Origin: Tannerellaceae bacterium
Lineage (GTDB): Bacteria; Bacteroidota; Bacteroidia; Bacteroidales; Tannerellaceae
Direction: 5' to 3'
DNA length: 64,000 bases
NCBI GenBank assembly: GCA_031264865.1
Contig: JAISDJ010000031.1
Coordinates: 9,553 to 73,552, forward strand
A program made the translations under genes and the position numbers. The notes beneath the pieces are model-generated. The model ran no database searches. It saw only the letters and a program-made list of their open reading frames with translations, and had not been told where the DNA came from. Of this stretch, positions 59,371 to 64,000 are shown piece by piece. Every line of letters begins with the position of its first letter. Position 1 is the stretch's first letter.

Positions 59371-59375
59371 CTTTG

Positions 59376-59448
59376 TGACCTGGGAGGGGCTCGAACCCTC
59401 GACCCAATGATTAAGAGTCATTTGCTCTACCAACTGAGCTACCAAGTC
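59376..59448 (-). tRNA. tRNA-Lys (anticodon CTT), CCA not encoded
   Basis: GACTTGG/CCAGGTC acceptor stem; TAGCTCAGTTGGTAGAGC D-arm; AATGA-CTCTTAA-TCATT anticodon arm; GGTTCGAGCC T-arm. Confidence 0.95.
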
Positions 59449-59525
59449 TTTTTTGTTAGTATTTTTATTCGGAGTGCAAATATAGATGTTTAATTTTGTC
59501 TCTGCAAGTTTTTTGCTTTTTTACT

Positions 59526-60335
59526 TTATTCAAATTCATACAAATCGGAAGGTGTGGAGCGTTTGAGCGCTGTTAGCGTAACATCTTTTCCAACACGGAT
59601 CCCTTCTTTAAACAACCGGATATCAATTGTTTTATAGGCAAGCTCCGGGTGGTTGTTATCGCGGCTGAGATGGCAAAGCCATATATCTTTAAGTCCTGCA
59701 TGATAATGAGTAGCTAAAAATTCGGCTGCTTCATTATTACTAAGATGCCCCGTTGGGCTGGCTACCCGTTCTTTCAGAAAATGGGGATAAGTACCGAATT
59801 TCAACATTTCTTCATCATAGTTTGCCTCTATTATCAGATGATTGGCCATACACATATATTTACTAACCGTTTCAGTTATATGGCCTACATCAGTTGCAAA
59901 AGTAAATGTATGATTTTCAAATGTAATATGATACCCCACATTATCCGTACTATCATGTGGCACTTCAAAAGCCGTTATTGTAAAGTCGCGGATTTGAAAA
60001 GATATTTCTTTTTCAATTATCCTGCGTGAAGTTCCTAATATCTCTTCTACATAACGGCTCTTTGCTATACCACCGTGAACAGCTTCAGTGGTGTATACCG
60101 GAATATTATACTTTTCTCCCAAACAACCAACCGTTTTAATATGATCAGCATGATCATGTGTGATCAGTACGGCAATTATATTATTAAAATTGATATTTTT
60201 ATCTTTCAAGACTTTTTTTATTGTCCTGATGCCAATGCCTGCGTCAATTAGTATGCCATATTCGGATGTTCCTAAATAGTAGCAATTTCCACTGCTTCCG
60301 CTCGCTAAACTTAGAAAAGATAATTTCATAATCAC
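59526..60335 (-). CDS. MBL-fold metallo-hydrolase (YycJ/WalJ-like)
   Basis: 'LASGSSGNC', 'THDHADH', 'GHLSN', 'HLS'. Confidence 0.88.
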   Translation of the reverse strand: MIMKLSFLSLASGSSGNCYYLGTSEYGILIDAGIGIRTIKKVLKDKNINFNNIIAVLITHDHADHIKTVGCLGEKYNIPVYTTEAVHGGIAKSRYVEEILGTSRRIIEKEISFQIRDFTITAFEVPHDSTDNVGYHITFENHTFTFATDVGHITETVSKYMCMANHLIIEANYDEEMLKFGTYPHFLKERVASPTGHLSNNEAAEFLATHYHAGLKDIWLCHLSRDNNHPELAYKTIDIRLFKEGIRVGKDVTLTALKRSTPSDLYEFE

Positions 60336-61399
60336 ATTAATTTATCAGGAATGGTGACTTCTCCAATAAGCGAACAACTCATATGTTCTTTTACCTCTTT
60401 TGAAGTAAGGCCATGTCCGAAAAGAAACATCAGCTTTGTTACAGCGCTTTCCGTAGTACTGTCATATCCACTGATTACACCAGCTTCCTGCAATTTATGC
60501 CCGGTTTCATACCGATGCATTTCAACACTTCCACCTACACATTGGGTGATGTTTACAATTACGATACCACGTTCTACGGCATTTCTTAACATAGTAAGAA
60601 ACCATTCATCCTTAGGGGCATTCCCGCTACCAAATGTTTCCATCACAACTCCCTTAAGACCTGGAATATTCAAAATACTTTCTACTACCTGGGAGGATAA
60701 TCCCGGAAATAGTTTCAGTATGGCAATGTTCCTGTCAAGCAGGTAATGAGGTTTTAGCGGCTTACGTGAAGCCGGATGATATATTTGAGTCGTATCGTAT
60801 TTAATGTAAATACCTGCATGTGCTAACGGCGGATAATTGTATGAACGGAAGGCATTAAAGTTATCTGCATTGATTTTTCGGGTACGGTTTCCCCTTAATA
60901 AGTCATTTTCAAAGAAAATGCAGACTTCAGGAGTTATCGGCATTCCGTTTTCTTTAGCTGCAGCAATCTCTATTGCTGTTATGAGGTTTTCCTTACCATC
61001 TGTTCGCAACATTCCGATAGGTAATTGCGATCCTGTTAGTATGACCGGTTTACTAAGGTTTTCCAACATAAAACTTAAAGCTGACGCTGTATACGCCATT
61101 GTATCCGTACCGTGCAGTATAACAAAACCATCGTATTGTTGGTAATTATCTGCTATGATTTCTACCAGCTGTTTCCAACAATCCGGCCCCATTTCGGATG
61201 AATCCATCGGAGGATCAAACTGAAAAGAAGAAACGGTATATCCTAATTTTTTTAATTCAGGCATATTATCTTTTAAATGTTGGAAATTAAAAGATTCTAA
61301 TGTACCTGTTTCAGGATTTTCAATCATACCGATTGTTCCACCGGTATAAATCAATAAAATACTAGCTTTTTCTTGCTGTACATGCAAATTTCCCTTCAT
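60332..61399 (-). CDS. ansA: L-asparaginase type I
   Basis: 'YTGGTIGM', 'DSS', 'HGTDTMAY', 'TGSQLP'. Confidence 0.93.
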   Translation of the reverse strand: MKGNLHVQQEKASILLIYTGGTIGMIENPETGTLESFNFQHLKDNMPELKKLGYTVSSFQFDPPMDSSEMGPDCWKQLVEIIADNYQQYDGFVILHGTDTMAYTASALSFMLENLSKPVILTGSQLPIGMLRTDGKENLITAIEIAAAKENGMPITPEVCIFFENDLLRGNRTRKINADNFNAFRSYNYPPLAHAGIYIKYDTTQIYHPASRKPLKPHYLLDRNIAILKLFPGLSSQVVESILNIPGLKGVVMETFGSGNAPKDEWFLTMLRNAVERGIVIVNITQCVGGSVEMHRYETGHKLQEAGVISGYDSTTESAVTKLMFLFGHGLTSKEVKEHMSCSLIGEVTIPDKLM

Positions 61400-61420
61400 A
61401 AACACACAAAGGTAATTAAT

Positions 61421-62032
61421 TTATTCTTCTCCTCTTAATACCGGAACGCTTATATGATATTTAACCGCTAAAATGCGTATGCTAAATACAGTTGCTGCTG
61501 AGATAAATTGCGACAAAACCGATGGTAAAGCGAATTGTAAACAACCCCAATAGGCTATTCCTCCGAATACGCAAGCCAGTGCATAAATATCTTTGCGTAA
61601 TACTAAAGGAACTTCGTTAATTAAGATATCACGTATCATACCTCCAAACGAACCGGTAATTGTACCCATAACAATAGCAACCCACATGGGAAATCCAAAC
61701 TCTAATGTTTTGACTATCCCTACAATAACAAATAAACCTAATCCGATAGCATCGAAAATAAAAAATGTATTATTTAACTTGATAACATATTTTCTGAAGA
61801 TAATAACAAACAGCAAAGCGAAGCCGGAAACAATAAGGTAGGAAGGTTGAGTCATCCAAAAAGGGGTATCATTTAATAAAATATCTCTAACCGTACCTCC
61901 TCCGACTGCTGTTACAACACCAACGACATAAGCTCCAAACCAATCAAATTGTTTGGCAGAAGCCAGTCTGATGCCACTTATTGCAAAAGCAAAAGTTCCA
62001 AAATAGTCACATAATGTGATGAAATCTATCAT
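61421..62032 (-). CDS. Trimeric intracellular cation channel (TRIC/UPF0126) family protein
   Basis: 'FAISG', 'GGGTVRDILL', 'DAIGLG', 'GGMIRDIL'. Confidence 0.9.
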   Translation of the reverse strand: MIDFITLCDYFGTFAFAISGIRLASAKQFDWFGAYVVGVVTAVGGGTVRDILLNDTPFWMTQPSYLIVSGFALLFVIIFRKYVIKLNNTFFIFDAIGLGLFVIVGIVKTLEFGFPMWVAIVMGTITGSFGGMIRDILINEVPLVLRKDIYALACVFGGIAYWGCLQFALPSVLSQFISAATVFSIRILAVKYHISVPVLRGEE

Positions 62033-62161
62033 TTTGTTTTTTCACGCAAAATTAATGAATAGTTTGAATACTAGACAGGACAGAATACATATTTATTGCA
62101 GGCTTTCGTATTTTATCTTCGTGGCAGAGGCTAGATTTCAAGTGTCAAACTCTGTAAAAAA

Positions 62162-62266
62162 CATCACAATGTCTTGAGAAAATCGTTATAATGCTTTTGT
62201 AAAACCATTGTAATGCTTTTGTAAAACCATTGTAATGGTTTACCGAAGGGTTCACAATGTTTTTTC
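62162..62266. repeat. Five units with 22-bp period (cattgtaatgcttttgtaaaac-like)
   Basis: AATG core at 62168, 62190, 62212, 62234, 62256; central units near-identical. Confidence 0.85.
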
Positions 62267-62381
62267 AGGCAATTCTCTGTGATAAATAAAAGTATCATAA
62301 TAGCATCTTTAGCGTTATATCATTTTTTATTCTTATTGTAAAGATATTATAGTTGTGTTATAATTTCAAAGCTATCTTGGT

Positions 62382-63998
62382 TTAACTTCGTCGTTCTATT
62401 TCGTGAAGGTTTTCTATTTTTTTTCGTTGCATAAACTCGTAAATACCTTCCAGATGTTCGGTTACTTTTTGATTGCCGAATTCATATACTTTTGTCGCTA
62501 AGCCATCGAGGAAATCCCGGTCGTGCGAAACAACAATCAATGTTCCGTCAAAAGCCTGCAATGCATTCTTGAGGATATCTTTGGTTTTCATATCCAAGTG
62601 ATTAGTCGGTTCGTCTAATATAAGCAAATTGACAGGTTCAAGTAAAAGCTTAATCATTGCTAACCGGGTACGTTCTCCACCCGAGAGGACTTTTACTTTC
62701 TTGGTAGAATTTTCGCCTCCAAACATAAAAGCGCCTAATAAATCCTTTATTTTATTACGTATTTCACCTTTAGCTACATCGTCGATTGTTTGAAATACAG
62801 TAAGCCCTTCGTCAAGTAAGGAAGCTTGGTTTTGGGCAAAGTAACCAATCATTACGTTATGGCCCATAGTCAATGCCCCCTCGTGTTCGAGTTCCTTCAT
62901 GATACACTTTACCAAGGTTGATTTTCCTTCTCCGTTTTTGCCTACAAAGGCGATTTTATCTCCTCGTTCAATTGTTATGTTGGCATTGTGGAAAACGACA
63001 TGATCTCCATAGCTTTTAGAGACCCCTTCAATAATAACCGGATACGAACCGGAGCGGGGAGAAGGAGGGAATTTCAGGCGAAGAGCGGATGTATCTTCTT
63101 CATCTACTTCAAGAATTTCCAGTTTTTCCAACATTTTTACCCGGCTTTGTACTTGTAATGTTTTTGAATAAGTGCCTTTGAACCGTTCAATAAATTCCTT
63201 TGTTTCTGCAATCATTTTCTGCTGCTCGTCGTAAGCCTTTTGTTGTTGTTCGCGACGCTCCTTACGCAATTGCAGATAGGTACTGTAATTTACTTTATAA
63301 TCATAGATACGTCCCATTGTAACTTCAATGGTACGTGTTGTGATGCGATCGATAAAAGCACGGTCGTGGCTGATAACAACTACCGCTTGCCCATTATCAA
63401 TCAGAAAATCCTCCAGCCATTGAATGGATTCTATGTCAAGATGGTTCGTTGGTTCATCCAATAAAAGGACGTCTGGTTTCTTTAGCAATAATTTAGCCAG
63501 TTCGATACGCATGCGCCAGCCACCGCTAAATTCGCCGGTTTGTCGTGCAAAGTCTTCTCTTTTAAAACCTAAGCCCAACAGTGTCTTTTCTATATCTGCA
63601 TCATAATTAATCTCTTCAATGGAATAGAATTTTTCACTGAGGGTAGAAACACGTTCAATTAATTCATAATAGCTTTCGGAATCGTAATCCGTACGAGTTT
63701 CCAGTTCTTTATTAATCGCATTGATTTCAGCTTCCATTTCATGTAAATGAGAGAAGGCTTTCGCTGTTTCTTCAAATACCGTTCGGTTGTCTTCAGTCAT
63801 TAAATGTTGAGGCAGATAAGCAATGACAGTATCTTTGGGAGCTGAAACTTTTCCTCGCGTAGCCTCTCTTGTACCGGCAAGTATTTTTAGTAAGGTTGAT
63901 TTTCCCGCCCCGTTTTTTCCCATGAGGGCAATCCTGTCTTTTTCATTAATTACAAAAGAAATATCGGAAAAAAGCGTGCTTCCCCCAAACTCAACTGT
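62382..63998 (-). CDS. ABC-F family ATP-binding protein (5' end outside window)
   Basis: Two ABC domains ('GKNGAGKST', 'FSGGW', 'LDEPTNHLD' twice); no TM; frame open to the window edge. Confidence 0.93.
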   Translation of the reverse strand, partial: TVEFGGSTLFSDISFVINEKDRIALMGKNGAGKSTLLKILAGTREATRGKVSAPKDTVIAYLPQHLMTEDNRTVFEETAKAFSHLHEMEAEINAINKELETRTDYDSESYYELIERVSTLSEKFYSIEEINYDADIEKTLLGLGFKREDFARQTGEFSGGWRMRIELAKLLLKKPDVLLLDEPTNHLDIESIQWLEDFLIDNGQAVVVISHDRAFIDRITTRTIEVTMGRIYDYKVNYSTYLQLRKERREQQQKAYDEQQKMIAETKEFIERFKGTYSKTLQVQSRVKMLEKLEILEVDEEDTSALRLKFPPSPRSGSYPVIIEGVSKSYGDHVVFHNANITIERGDKIAFVGKNGEGKSTLVKCIMKELEHEGALTMGHNVMIGYFAQNQASLLDEGLTVFQTIDDVAKGEIRNKIKDLLGAFMFGGENSTKKVKVLSGGERTRLAMIKLLLEPVNLLILDEPTNHLDMKTKDILKNALQAFDGTLIVVSHDRDFLDGLATKVYEFGNQKVTEHLEGIYEFMQRKKIENLHEIERRS

Positions 63999-64000
63999 TA

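Noticed and set aside
59376-59448. tRNA-anchored genomic island
   Set aside because: No integrase and no duplicated tRNA 3' end seen; flanking genes are housekeeping
168-63606. Many 60-160 aa antisense or overlapping ORFs in the track (e.g. 30933-31424, 34514-34990, 38343-38822, 43355-43678)
   Set aside because: They are shadows of well-supported genes and have no recognisable motifs

Overview
Chromosomal window from a Bacteroidales bacterium. The TAnnTTTG promoters, SusC/SusD pair, hmu operon and gene set look Tannerellaceae/Parabacteroides-like, which is my inference. Left half, in order: 3' part of a hmu heme-uptake operon, a nucleotide pyrophosphatase, an Oar-like TonB receptor, a PIF1-like helicase-TPR gene, an HU-CCDC81/SPOR gene, an M16 peptidase, dcuA, PBP1A and glpDKF. 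Middle: a group-1d-like [NiFe]-hydrogenase cluster (hypCDE-hyaABCD, divergent hypF, detached hypAB), an OmpA lipoprotein, an ADP-forming acyl-CoA ligase and a five-gene inositol operon. Right: an MFS transporter, an ECF sigma/FecR/SusC/SusD locus followed by Gfo/Idh/MocA and HEAT-DUF1080 genes, an RRM protein, a PfkB kinase, tRNA-Lys(CTT), an MBL hydrolase, ansA, a TRIC protein and a partial ABC-F. No transposase, integrase, prophage or CRISPR array is seen. Best candidate for an undescribed system: the unannotated gene in the inositol operon, whose product carries ATP-grasp motifs of the ITPK1 (inositol-phosphate kinase) type. Also notable: a HypA lacking its zinc finger, unusual residues around an O2-tolerant-type hydrogenase cluster, three 22-bp-period intergenic arrays, and a GC-rich inverted repeat that overlaps the C-termini of two convergent genes. 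All assignments come from motif recognition by eye; no searches were run.
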